64,000 nucleotides of DNA, taken from positions 32,001 through 96,000 of the forward strand of contig CAVQNG010000025.1 in NCBI GenBank assembly GCA_963713825.1, read 5' to 3'. Numbering within the stretch: the first letter of the stretch is position 1; every line of letters begins with the position of its first letter. Origin of the DNA: an uncultured Acidobacteriota bacterium (GTDB taxonomy: Bacteria; Acidobacteriota; Thermoanaerobaculia; Multivoradales; JAHEKO01). A program made the translations under genes and the position numbers. Below are positions 1 to 8,942 of the stretch, in pieces. The notes beneath the pieces were generated by a model. It saw only the letters and a program-made list of their open reading frames with translations. It had not been told where the DNA came from and did no database searches.

Positions 1-157
1 AGAGACCCCGCGCGGCGGCCGAGTCGATCTCCTGCAAGATGGGTAACACGTCGACTGGCTCATTGCCGACGAGCGTCGTCACTGGATTGCTGAAGCTCAG
101 CCACTCCACGGAGTCGCCGAGAGGAGCCTGCAGGACGATGAGAGGAGCATCTCCCAT
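1..157 (-). CDS. 5' fragment of a probable aminodeoxychorismate synthase component I (PabB-like), running off the window
   Basis: Hand translation from ATG 157 gives MGDAPLIVLQAPLGDSVEWLSFSNPVTTLVGNEPVDVLPILQEIDSAAARGL, which resembles PabB N-termini. Not in the ORF track because it is truncated. Confidence 0.45.
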   Translation of the reverse strand, partial: MGDAPLIVLQAPLGDSVEWLSFSNPVTTLVGNEPVDVLPILQEIDSAAARGL

Positions 158-252
158 GGTGGGATGAGCGGTGAGAGCCTCGCTGGATGACTGCTCTTCG
201 ACCAGAGTGGGTTGGGTTAGACTCGGGCGATCCACCGACGGGAGTCCTACCC

Positions 253-816
253 ATGCCCAGAATCACACGAGTCTATACGCGAACCGGCGACGACGGCACC
301 ACGGGCCTCGGAGGAGGTCAGCGAGTCGGCAAGGACTCGCCTCGCATTGCCGCCTATGGGACGGTCGACGAGCTCAACGCGCAGATCGGCATGGCGATCG
401 CCGCCGGTCTCGAGGCGGAGCTCGCAGGCGAGCTCGAGAGAATCCAGAACGAGCTCTTCCATCTGGGCTCCGACCTCTGCTTCCTGGAAGAAGACAAGCA
501 AAGCACGGCCTTGCCCGGTATCGAAGAGCACCACATCACGAGCCTGGAAGAGCTCATGGACCGTCTGTCGGCCGGGCTGCCGCCGTTGGAGAATTTCGTG
601 CTCCCTGGTGGCTCACCGGGTGCTGCAAGGCTGCATGTGGCGCGCACTTGCTGTCGTCGTGCCGAGCGAGAGCTGGTCCAGCTGGCCGGGGAGGAGAGGG
701 TCGGAGCCTACACCTTGCGCTACTTGAACCGACTGTCGGACGCGCTGTTCGTGATGGCCCGCTACGAGAATGCCCGTAAGGGAATCCAGGAGCCGACCTG
801 GGACAGCCGAGCCTGA
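253..816 (+). CDS. pduO: ATP:cob(I)alamin adenosyltransferase (PduO type)
   Basis: Motifs [38 protein letters not shown]; GGAG upstream of ATG 253. Confidence 0.92.
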   Translation: MPRITRVYTRTGDDGTTGLGGGQRVGKDSPRIAAYGTVDELNAQIGMAIAAGLEAELAGELERIQNELFHLGSDLCFLEEDKQSTALPGIEEHHITSLEELMDRLSAGLPPLENFVLPGGSPGAARLHVARTCCRRAERELVQLAGEERVGAYTLRYLNRLSDALFVMARYENARKGIQEPTWDSRA

Positions 817-869
817 AGCCCGACACGTCAAGACACAGACTTTGGTTCTGAAAGAAGGCGAGCGACGGC

Positions 870-2582
870 CTAGAGTATCGTCTCTCGCATGACCTCTTCG
901 ATGGTCGTCACGCCGTCGCGGATCTTCTGGAGCCCGCTGGTTCGTAGGCTGATCATGCCGTTCGACAGCGCCTGTTGGCGCAACTCGTTGGCACTGCCAC
1001 CCGACAGAATCAACTCGCGAACGTCTTCGTCCACGTCCATCACCTCATAGAGGGCGACCCTGCCTTTGAATCCGGTACCGCTGCAGCGTTCGCACCCGCG
1101 GCCCCTGAAAGGCTTGACGGTCTTGGATTCCTGTTGGGAGAACCCCAGATCTACGAGTGCCTGCTCTGGGACCTCGTAAGCCTCCTTGCAGCTGGCACAG
1201 ACTCGGCGCACCAGACGCTGGGCAGCGATCAGATTTACAGAGCTCGCCACCAGGAAGGGCTCGATGCCCATGTTCATCATCCGGTTGATCGAGGATGGTG
1301 CGTCGTTGGTGTGCAGAGTGGAAAGCACGAGATGCCCTGTCAGAGCGGCTTTGATCGCCACCTCGGCGGTTTCGAAGTCGCGGATCTCACCCACCAGAAT
1401 GATGTTGGGATCTTGTCGCAGGAAGGAGCGCAGAGCGGCGGCGAAGTTGAGCCCGATCTGGTCCTTCATCTGGACCTGATTCACGCCGACCAGGTTGAAC
1501 TCCACCGGATCCTCGGCGGTCATGATGTTGGTCTCGGGCGTATTGATTCGGGACAGCGCCGAGTAGAGGGTATTGGTCTTTCCCGAGCCGGTCGGTCCGG
1601 TTACCAGCACCATGCCGAAGGGCTTCAGGATGGCTTGCTCGAAGCGGCGCAGAGAGGACGACTCGAACCCCAGCTTCGTCATGTCGAGCATCAAGTTGTC
1701 TTTGTCGAGAAGCCGAAGAACGATCTTCTCGCCGAAGATCGTCGGCAGGGAAGAAACACGAAAATCGAGATCCTTTACCTTGCCGCCGACACGAGTCTTG
1801 ATCTTGATCCGCCCGTCCTGCGGCAAGCGCTTTTCAGCGATGTCCAGCTTCGCCATGATCTTCATGCGACTGGTGATCGCCTCGCGTAGCCGTAGGGGCG
1901 GACGCATCATCTCGTACAGCAGTCCATCGATCCTGTAGCGGACCCGGAATTCCTTCTCGTAGGGCTCGATATGGATATCGGAGGCATCCCGTTTGATGGC
2001 GTCGGTCAGGATGATGTTGACGAGGCGAACGACCGGCGCCTCCTCGGACTCCTGCTCCAGGGCCTCGAGATCGATGTCCTCTTCTTCGTCGAGGACTTCG
2101 AGGTCCGTGTCCTCGTTCTCCTCGAGGTCCTCCATGACCTTCTTGAGCTCGATCGAGTGCGTGCTGCCGTAGTACTGATCGATCGCTCCGCGCAACGTCG
2201 AGTCCGAAGCCACGACAGGCTCGACGTTGTAGCCGGTCATGAACTTCACGTCGTCCATGGCGAAGACGTTGGTCGGGTCGACCATGGCGATGGTCAGCTT
2301 GGCCCCCGCCTTGGAAACAGGAAGGATGGTGTACTTGCGAGCGACCTCGGCTGGAATGATGCTGATGATGCTGTCGTCGACCTCGATCTCGCTCAGATTG
2401 ATGGCCGGGACTCCGTAGCGCTGTGAGAGGAACTCCACCAACTCCTCGTCGTCGATGAAGCCCATCTTGACGAGGTGGGAGCCGACACGTCCGCCCTGGC
2501 TCTGCTGAGCGGCCAGCGCTTGATTGAGCTGCTCCTCCGTAACTTTGCCGGCTTGTTGAAGAAGCTCGCCGAGGCGTGTCAT
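870..2582 (-). CDS. pilB: Type IV pilus assembly ATPase PilB with N-terminal MshEN domain
   Basis: Walker A GPTGSGKT, EDPVE, LRQDPNIILVGEIRD, LSTLHTND, tetra-Cys zinc motif; N-terminal RLGELL..G..EQL..AL..Q. Confidence 0.93.
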   Translation of the reverse strand: MTRLGELLQQAGKVTEEQLNQALAAQQSQGGRVGSHLVKMGFIDDEELVEFLSQRYGVPAINLSEIEVDDSIISIIPAEVARKYTILPVSKAGAKLTIAMVDPTNVFAMDDVKFMTGYNVEPVVASDSTLRGAIDQYYGSTHSIELKKVMEDLEENEDTDLEVLDEEEDIDLEALEQESEEAPVVRLVNIILTDAIKRDASDIHIEPYEKEFRVRYRIDGLLYEMMRPPLRLREAITSRMKIMAKLDIAEKRLPQDGRIKIKTRVGGKVKDLDFRVSSLPTIFGEKIVLRLLDKDNLMLDMTKLGFESSSLRRFEQAILKPFGMVLVTGPTGSGKTNTLYSALSRINTPETNIMTAEDPVEFNLVGVNQVQMKDQIGLNFAAALRSFLRQDPNIILVGEIRDFETAEVAIKAALTGHLVLSTLHTNDAPSSINRMMNMGIEPFLVASSVNLIAAQRLVRRVCASCKEAYEVPEQALVDLGFSQQESKTVKPFRGRGCERCSGTGFKGRVALYEVMDVDEDVRELILSGGSANELRQQALSNGMISLRTSGLQKIRDGVTTIEEVMRETIL

Positions 2583-2699
2583 AGCGTTGTAACTCCGGTC
2601 TCCATATTCCGACAGTCGCCCTGGTTGCCGCATGTCGGCGGCGAGCGACGGACCATTACGGGAGTGTGCGTTCTCCCGCCAGGGGATTCACGGTGAGCG

Positions 2700-2729
2700 A
2701 GTGTAGCAACGGGCTCGAAAACGGGTCAA
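2700..2729 (-). promoter_or_regulatory. Putative sigma70 promoter of pilB
   Basis: Minus strand TTGACC-N18-TACACT with an extended -10 TG. Confidence 0.5.
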
Positions 2730-2819
2730 TGGCATGCACCACAGAAGGTTTTGGGGCTTGGGGCCTGGGTCCTGGGGATCGTAGGGGAAAGCCTTGCGCC
2801 CTGCCGCTCTCTGGGGCCG

Positions 2820-3860
2820 CTATTTCTCGTCCTGTCGTTGGAGGAGGTAGCGGGCGCGCTCGACAATCTCTGCCGGCTGAAGATCCGTCAGGCAGAGTTT
2901 GGCTTCGTCGAATCTCTTGTGGCAGAAGCTGCAAGGCAGCAGTCGGCACAGCGCCGCCTCTCGGTCGCCATAGGGACCATTGGTCTCCGGAGCCGTGGGG
3001 CCCATGAGACAGAGAACCGGTGTCCCCAGGGCGTGGGCCAGGTGCAGTGGCCCTGTGTCGCCGCCGAGGACGAGATGCGAGCGACGTAGGAAGGTGCCCA
3101 GGTAGGGGAGAGTTGGGGCGATGAGCGCCTCGGCCGAGCCACAGCTGGTGGCAGCAACCTCCTCTGCCAGGTCTTCCTCACCCGGGCCGGCAGCGACCCA
3201 ACTCCGTAACCCGAGATCGCGGTCGAGGAGTTGGGCAACTTCGCCCCACAGTGCGGGTGGATAGCACTTGTTGCCCCAGCCGGCGCCAGGTTGGATGAGT
3301 GTCCTCGGGCCTTCTGTGGCGGCCGCTCTCTCGAGGGCTTCGACCGGCTCTTCTCGCAACAACTTGTCTCCTCCGAAGTCTGCCGGCTCGCAGGGCAGTT
3401 CGAGAGCGTCGAGCACCGCAAGAGCCCGGTCGACACTGTGCTCGCCGTGGGGAACGACGGGTTCGTTGATCCAAATGCCACTGGAGGGTTCGCGGCGGAA
3501 TTTCCCTGCCACCCCGACTCTGCGATCGGCCAGGGTGAGCGCCGCCAGGGCTCCCGCTTTGTGATTGCCCATCAGATCCAGCACCACTTCGGGGGCAAAC
3601 CTCTCGAGTCCGAAGAAGAAGTCGCGCATCGCTGCCCAGGTTCGTGGGCGGCTAAGCTGACGCCTCCAGGTTCGGAGACTGACTACCAGTAGCTCGTCGA
3701 GGTCGGGATGCCCTTCGAGCAGTGGCGCCATCGAGGACTCCACGACCCAGCCGAGCGTCGCGTGAGGCAGGTTGCGGCGCAGTGCAGTCAGCACCGGCAG
3801 GGCGTGGACAACGTCTCCCAGGGCGCTGGTACGTATGAGGAGGATTCTGCTGGGGGCCAA
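2820..3860 (-). CDS. LPS heptosyltransferase, glycosyltransferase family 9
   Basis: RILLIRTSALGDVVHALP at the N-terminus, GGDTGPLHLAHALGTP near the C-terminus; adjacent to rfaE halves. Confidence 0.88.
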   Translation of the reverse strand: MAPSRILLIRTSALGDVVHALPVLTALRRNLPHATLGWVVESSMAPLLEGHPDLDELLVVSLRTWRRQLSRPRTWAAMRDFFFGLERFAPEVVLDLMGNHKAGALAALTLADRRVGVAGKFRREPSSGIWINEPVVPHGEHSVDRALAVLDALELPCEPADFGGDKLLREEPVEALERAAATEGPRTLIQPGAGWGNKCYPPALWGEVAQLLDRDLGLRSWVAAGPGEEDLAEEVAATSCGSAEALIAPTLPYLGTFLRRSHLVLGGDTGPLHLAHALGTPVLCLMGPTAPETNGPYGDREAALCRLLPCSFCHKRFDEAKLCLTDLQPAEIVERARYLLQRQDEK

Positions 3861-3877
3861 AGAGCTGCCCCTACCTT

Positions 3878-4357
3878 TCAGTCCGGCAGTCGCCGGATTC
3901 TCTCGATCAGGTTGGTCGTGGAGTGGTCCTTGGGGTCGCCAACCAGGCGAGTGTCCCCTCCGTACCGCCTTACAATCTCGAACTCGGGCACTCTGTCCGG
4001 CGAGCCGTAGTCAGGGCCCTTGCAGTGCACGTCGGGCTGCAACTGATCCAACAGAGGTCCAGGCGAGTCGCCGCCGAAGATCACCACCAAATCCACGGGC
4101 TCGAGCCCCGCCACCAACTCGGCGCGCTCCTGCTCGGGAGCAATGGGGCGTCCCTCTCCCTTGAGCAGAGCGACGGAATCATCGTCGTTGATGGCAACGA
4201 GGAGGACATCGCCTTCTTCCTTCGCGGCGCGCAGATATCGCAGGTGGCCGACGTGGAGTAGATCGAAATGGCCATTGGCGAAGGCAATGCGTTGGCCGCG
4301 GGCCTTCAGTTGCGCCACGCGAGGAACGAGCTCCTCGAGACTCAGAATTTCGCCCAC
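3878..4357 (-). CDS. Heptose-1-phosphate adenylyltransferase (RfaE/HldE domain II)
   Basis: ANGHFDLLHVGH (HxGH motif), KGPDY, HSTT. Confidence 0.88.
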   Translation of the reverse strand: MGEILSLEELVPRVAQLKARGQRIAFANGHFDLLHVGHLRYLRAAKEEGDVLLVAINDDDSVALLKGEGRPIAPEQERAELVAGLEPVDLVVIFGGDSPGPLLDQLQPDVHCKGPDYGSPDRVPEFEIVRRYGGDTRLVGDPKDHSTTNLIERIRRLPD

Positions 4358-5391
4358 GCCAGATCTCGTAACAGACGGGTATCGGAGGTCACGGCGTCCC
4401 GAAGCTCCTCCGGGGTCAACGTGGCCGTCCCCAGTTTCATGACGACGATTCCACCGGCGTAGTTGGCGAGCAGAGCAGCCTCGAGTGGTGTGGCTGCCGC
4501 GGCGAGGGCCAGCGAGAAAGTGCCGATGACAGTGTCGCCGGCTCCCGTGACGTCAGCCACCTGGTCAGTGCCGTGAACCGGGATGTGGCAGCTCCTCTGC
4601 CCCTCGAAAAGAGTCATGCCGTAGCTTCCCCGAGTGATGAGAAGAAAGCGAGCTCCCAGCCTCTTCAGCAGCTCCGAACCGCGGTCGAGAGCCGGCTCCT
4701 CCGAGTCGGCAGCATCATCTGCCAATAGAGCGAAGGCTTCCTCTTCGTTGGGGGTCGCACCGTCGAGGCCGACAAAATCGGGCAATCGATGACGCGAATC
4801 GCAGAGTACCGAGCCCTTCGGGGCCAAGGCGCTGCGAATCGGTTGCAGGAGGTCGGGCTGCACGGCACCATACCCGTAGTCGCTGAGGACTGCGACCCGG
4901 GCTCGTCCCTTCCAATCTTCGAGCTGTTTCTCGAAGGCCTGGAGTTCCACCGCCGAGAGAGAGCCTTCTTCCTCGATGTCGAAGCGCACGATCTGCTGTT
5001 TGATGGAATGTCGTGCTCCGCCCAGGATCCGGGTCTTGGTGACGGTCGAGTAGTCATCCCGAACGAGGATCCCCTCGGTCGTCACCTCTGCTGATTGGAG
5101 CTTCGACACCAGCTGCTCGCCGTTGGCATCGCGACCGACAACTCCCAGCGGCAGCGGAACCCCGCCCAGGGCCGCTACGTTGGCCACGGCGTTAGCTCCA
5201 CCGCCCGGTGAAAACGTCTCGCTCTCGTAGCTCAGAATGAGAACCGGCGCCTCTCGGCTGATGCGTTTGGGCGAGCCGGAAATGAACCGATCCGCGACCA
5301 GATCGACCAACATGAGGATCGGCTGACCGGCCATTGCATCGACCAGATCCAGGAGTCGTTCCGTCGTCGGAAGTGTCTCCGTCTCGGGCAT
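4342..5391 (-). CDS. Heptose-7-phosphate kinase (RfaE/HldE domain I, PfkB family)
   Basis: RISREAPV, PGGGANAVAN, LSDYG, TPNEEE, DVTGAGDTV. Confidence 0.88.
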   Translation of the reverse strand: MPETETLPTTERLLDLVDAMAGQPILMLVDLVADRFISGSPKRISREAPVLILSYESETFSPGGGANAVANVAALGGVPLPLGVVGRDANGEQLVSKLQSAEVTTEGILVRDDYSTVTKTRILGGARHSIKQQIVRFDIEEEGSLSAVELQAFEKQLEDWKGRARVAVLSDYGYGAVQPDLLQPIRSALAPKGSVLCDSRHRLPDFVGLDGATPNEEEAFALLADDAADSEEPALDRGSELLKRLGARFLLITRGSYGMTLFEGQRSCHIPVHGTDQVADVTGAGDTVIGTFSLALAAAATPLEAALLANYAGGIVVMKLGTATLTPEELRDAVTSDTRLLRDLAWAKF

Positions 5392-5772
5392 TTTCGGGAG
5401 CTTAGCACGCCATAAGAGAGGGCTTGGGGGTTGCAGCAGCCGGCGTACCTTCGGCCGTTCTTTGAGGGCCTGGGGGTTGAGACGGCCGATCGAACCAGGG
5501 ATCTCCCCCGTCTGCGGCCTCACCCGACCATGCCCCTCCGACGAGGGAGACCCATGGCCCGATCTACCACCATCGAGACACATCCAGAATCTGGCTGCTA
5601 ACTCGCCCCCGAGCTTCGAATTCCCCGTGCCTCGAGGCCTCACAACCTAATCGGTGCCAGAGGGTCGTTCGGGTGGTTCGACAGGGGGCGCCGAGTCGAG
5701 CGCAGCGCAAGAGCCAAGGCAGGGCACAAGAGATTGGGCGCGATGACGAGACGAGGTGGCGGCCTCCCCGAG

Positions 5773-5828
5773 TGTAGGGGAGGGGCGCTTGTCCCCTCCC
5801 GCGGGAGCCCGCAAGGGGCTCCCCTACA
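5773..5828. repeat. GTAG-family REP doublet (REPIN-like inverted pair)
   Basis: TGTAGGGGAGGGGCGCTTGTCCCCTCCC-GC-GGGAGCCCGCAAGGGGCTCCCCTACA: two hairpins, each led by GTAG, in inverted orientation. Confidence 0.7.
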
Positions 5829-5935
5829 AAGCCGACGCCGTCCTCCCCCGGCGAACCACCCGGACGGACCTCAACGAGACAGTGGCAAGGATCGTCGAGC
5901 GAAGGCTCTTCCGCGGCCCTCGTATACTTCCGTTC

Positions 5936-6991
5936 ATGTCTACCGTCGCGGAGCGACTGCATGCGCTGATCGAGGATCAGGGCCCGATCACCTTCGCACG
6001 CTTCATGGAGGAAGCGCTCTATGGAGAAGGTGGCTACTACTCTCGGCAGAAGCTTGCCATCGGCGTCAATGGAGACTTCATCACCGGTTCGTCCTATTCT
6101 CCTCTCTTCGCTCGGGCCACGGCCACCCTGCTGCGACGGATGGATGCGGTCCTCGGTCGGTCGGCCGACTTTCTCGAGGTCGGATACGGCGATGGTTCTC
6201 ACCTTCGAGGTCTGGCCGAGTTTCCGGAGCTCGCGGCAACGAGGAGATTGCTGGGATGTGATCGTGTTCGACGGTCTCTGCCGCCGCCGATCGAAACTCT
6301 TGCCAGTCTGGACGAGGTGGAACCCGGTGAGCTGGAGGGGGTGGTGTTCTCCTACGAGCTGTTCGATGCTCTGCCCATTCATCGACTCATCGGTCGTGAG
6401 GGAGCCGGGGTAGGAGAGCTTCTTGTCGGCTCGGAGCCGGATGGTTCCTTCTCGTGGAGGGAAGCCGAGATGTCGGATCCTGCACTCGGGGACTTCTCAG
6501 GAGATGTTTTCGAATCGCTCGAGCCGGGACAGATCGCCGACGTCTCAGCGCATTGGAGACCCCTTTATGGACAGATGGCTGCGAAGCTGCGACGTGGCCT
6601 GCTGGTGACCTGCGACTACGGTTTTCCGCTTCGTCAGCTACTGGACGCGAGGATCCGGTCCCATGGCACGCTGGCCTGCTATCGCCGCCAGCAGGTGCAT
6701 CGAAATCCACTGATCCAGGTGGGTGAACAGGACCTGACCGCGCACGTGGATTTCACTGCCTTGATGGAGGAAGGGGAGGCAAGCGGCCTCGAGACGGCGG
6801 CCCTGACTCGGCAAGCGGCCTGGTTGACGAGTTGCGGGATCTTCGAGGGCCTTGCTGAAGCCGACCAGACAGAGCGACTCGAAGCGATGACGCTGCTGGA
6901 CCCAGCAGCCATGGGCGAAGATATCCGGGTTCTGGTACAGGCTCGTGGTGTGAATCTGCCTGAGATCATAGACACTGACTACCTGCTGTGA
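5936..6991 (+). CDS. SAM-dependent methyltransferase, MidA/NDUFAF7 family
   Basis: GPITFARFMEEALY..GYY, GDFIT, LEVGYGDG, ELFDALP, DYG, QDLTAHVDF. Confidence 0.85.
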   Translation: MSTVAERLHALIEDQGPITFARFMEEALYGEGGYYSRQKLAIGVNGDFITGSSYSPLFARATATLLRRMDAVLGRSADFLEVGYGDGSHLRGLAEFPELAATRRLLGCDRVRRSLPPPIETLASLDEVEPGELEGVVFSYELFDALPIHRLIGREGAGVGELLVGSEPDGSFSWREAEMSDPALGDFSGDVFESLEPGQIADVSAHWRPLYGQMAAKLRRGLLVTCDYGFPLRQLLDARIRSHGTLACYRRQQVHRNPLIQVGEQDLTAHVDFTALMEEGEASGLETAALTRQAAWLTSCGIFEGLAEADQTERLEAMTLLDPAAMGEDIRVLVQARGVNLPEIIDTDYLL

Positions 6992-7054
6992 CCGCCGGCA
7001 GCGCTGGAATCACAGCGTCTTCCGAGTAGAGAATCTCGCCGGCGAAGAGGCTCC

Positions 7055-7082
7055 TTGACACCCTTTGGGCCTCCGATACAAT
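7055..7082 (+). promoter_or_regulatory. sigma70 promoter of the nuo operon
   Basis: TTGACA-N16-TACAAT, about 160 nt upstream of nuoA. Confidence 0.7.
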
Positions 7083-7240
7083 TGTCGCGGTATTCGCTTC
7101 CCGGAAGAGAGAATGCATTTCGAATCGGACAGTTTCAAGCCCGTCCCGAGTGTGATCGAAGGTTGAGATCCAGGGACGGGGACTCGCTGAATAGCTGACC
7201 GGGAACCACCATCAGGCGTTGGGTCTGAGACGAGCTTACT

Positions 7241-7594
7241 GTGGAAAGCTACCTCCCAGTCTTTATCTTCGTGCTGGTCACGATTGCGTTCCTGGTCGTG
7301 GTGCTGGTCACCGCACGACTCTTGCGTCATGGGGGTGGCCGCACACTGCTCGAGCCCTACGAGTGCGGCAACGAGCCGATCAGCCTGGCCCACGACCATC
7401 GATTCTCCATTCGCTACTACCTGATCGCGGTCCTGTTCGTGATCTTCGACGTGGAAACGGTGTTCCTGTTTCCCTGGGCGGTGATGTTCGACCAACTGGC
7501 CCTCTTCGGGTTTATCGAAATGATGATCTTCCTGGCGATTCTTCTGGTCGGTTACGTGTACGTCTGGCGACGGGGGGCCTTGAATTGGGCTTGA
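7241..7594 (+). CDS. nuoA: NADH-quinone oxidoreductase subunit A
   Basis: [24 protein letters not shown]. Confidence 0.95.
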   Translation: MESYLPVFIFVLVTIAFLVVVLVTARLLRHGGGRTLLEPYECGNEPISLAHDHRFSIRYYLIAVLFVIFDVETVFLFPWAVMFDQLALFGFIEMMIFLAILLVGYVYVWRRGALNWA

Positions 7595-8100
7595 TGGACA
7601 ACGTCGAGGCCAACGTCCTCACCACGACCTACGACAAGGTCTTCAACTGGGCTCGTCGCTCAGCGATCTGGCCGATGCAGTTCGGCCTGGCCTGCTGCGC
7701 CATCGAAATGATGGCAACGCTCGATCCGAGGCACGACATGAGTCGATTCGGTGCCGAGGTCTTTCGGGGCACCCCCAGGCAGAGCGATCTGATGATCGTC
7801 GCCGGCACGGTGACGGAAAAGATGGCGCCAATCGTTCGGCGTCTGTGGGATCAGATGCCGGAGCCTAAATGGGCACTTGCGATGGGTGCTTGTGCCACCT
7901 GCGGAGGCCCTTATCGCACCTACGCTGTCACGCAGGGAGTCGACAGGGTGATTCCAGTCGATGTCTACGTTCCCGGCTGTCCGCCCAGGCCGGAGGCCTT
8001 GCTCTGGGGCCTGATGCACCTGCAACGCAAGATCGACCGGATGACCGTGGCCAAGCCGAAAATGGACGAAGCACCCAAGGTTGCTGGCAGGGCGGAATGA
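7594..8100 (+). CDS. nuoB: NADH-quinone oxidoreductase subunit B
   Basis: [32 protein letters not shown]; TGATG overlap with nuoA. Confidence 0.95.
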   Translation: MDNVEANVLTTTYDKVFNWARRSAIWPMQFGLACCAIEMMATLDPRHDMSRFGAEVFRGTPRQSDLMIVAGTVTEKMAPIVRRLWDQMPEPKWALAMGACATCGGPYRTYAVTQGVDRVIPVDVYVPGCPPRPEALLWGLMHLQRKIDRMTVAKPKMDEAPKVAGRAE

Positions 8101-8915
8101 GCGAACGCGACGACGACAATCCGCAGGAGGGTCGCCCAACCGGCGACCAACCGACGCCTGACGCTCCTGACGAGAGCAAGGCGGATGGGCCGGCTGTAAC
8201 GGATGCCGAGGCAGAGGCTGCCGCCAAGGCAGAGGCCGAAGCGAAGGCCAAGGCGGCTGCCGCCAAGGCCAAGGCACTAGCCGAGGCGGAAGCTGCCAAG
8301 GAACCCTGGGAACGGGATCCGGTCGCTCCTGCCTGGGTGGAGGCCGAAGGAGAGGCCCTGACGGAGGCCCTGAAGGGCAGCTGCGGAGAGGGCATTGTGG
8401 CTGCCCGCACCTTCGCCGGTGAGCTGGTGCTCGACGTCGCTTTGCAGGCGGTGCAAGAGGTCGGTCGGAGTCTGAAGAAAGAGCACGGATTCACGCTGCT
8501 GGTCGATATCTGTGGTGCTCACTACCCCGATCGCGAAGAGGCCCCTTTCGAAGTTGTGTATCACTTGTACAACCTGGAGCAGGCGCGCCGCATTCGGCTC
8601 AAAGTCGCAACGCAGGAGGGGACCGAGGTGCCCTCCGTTGTCGCTATATGGAAGGGTGCCAACTGGCCTGAGAGGGAGATCTACGACATGTACGGAGTTC
8701 GCTTTTCCGAACATCCGGACATGACACGCATTCTGATGTGGGAGGGTTTCAACGGCTACCCGCTGCGAAAAGACTTCCCAGTGGAGGGAGTCGATACCGG
8801 GGCAGCGGTCTATCCCGAGTTCTACGGCGACGAAGCGGGACCGGTGGCTGGTACCGGCACCGGTTGGAAACCGCCCAAGCCACCCGAAGAGGAGTCGACG
8901 CCCGAAGAGGCCTAG
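8097..8915 (+). CDS. nuoC: NADH-quinone oxidoreductase subunit C with an Ala/Lys/Glu-rich N-terminal extension
   Basis: [30 protein letters not shown]; ATGA overlap with nuoB. Confidence 0.92.
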   Translation: MSERDDDNPQEGRPTGDQPTPDAPDESKADGPAVTDAEAEAAAKAEAEAKAKAAAAKAKALAEAEAAKEPWERDPVAPAWVEAEGEALTEALKGSCGEGIVAARTFAGELVLDVALQAVQEVGRSLKKEHGFTLLVDICGAHYPDREEAPFEVVYHLYNLEQARRIRLKVATQEGTEVPSVVAIWKGANWPEREIYDMYGVRFSEHPDMTRILMWEGFNGYPLRKDFPVEGVDTGAAVYPEFYGDEAGPVAGTGTGWKPPKPPEEESTPEEA

Positions 8916-8942
8916 GTCTCCGGGCGAGGCACGAAAGAAGCA

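Noticed and set aside
2583-2699. Possible c-di-GMP riboswitch in the pilB leader
   Set aside because: Hairpins are present but I could not find the GEMM consensus elements
5660-5720. GGTTCGACAGGGGGCGCCGAG resembles a tRNA T-loop or a tmRNA 5' end
   Set aside because: No cloverleaf, no pairing acceptor stem or CCA end, and no tag reading frame downstream
8200-8300. Short nucleotide repeats (GCCAAGGC) here, and GGT/GGC and TGGGG runs near 22340-22480
   Set aside because: They are explained by low-complexity protein coding and have no CRISPR repeat-spacer structure
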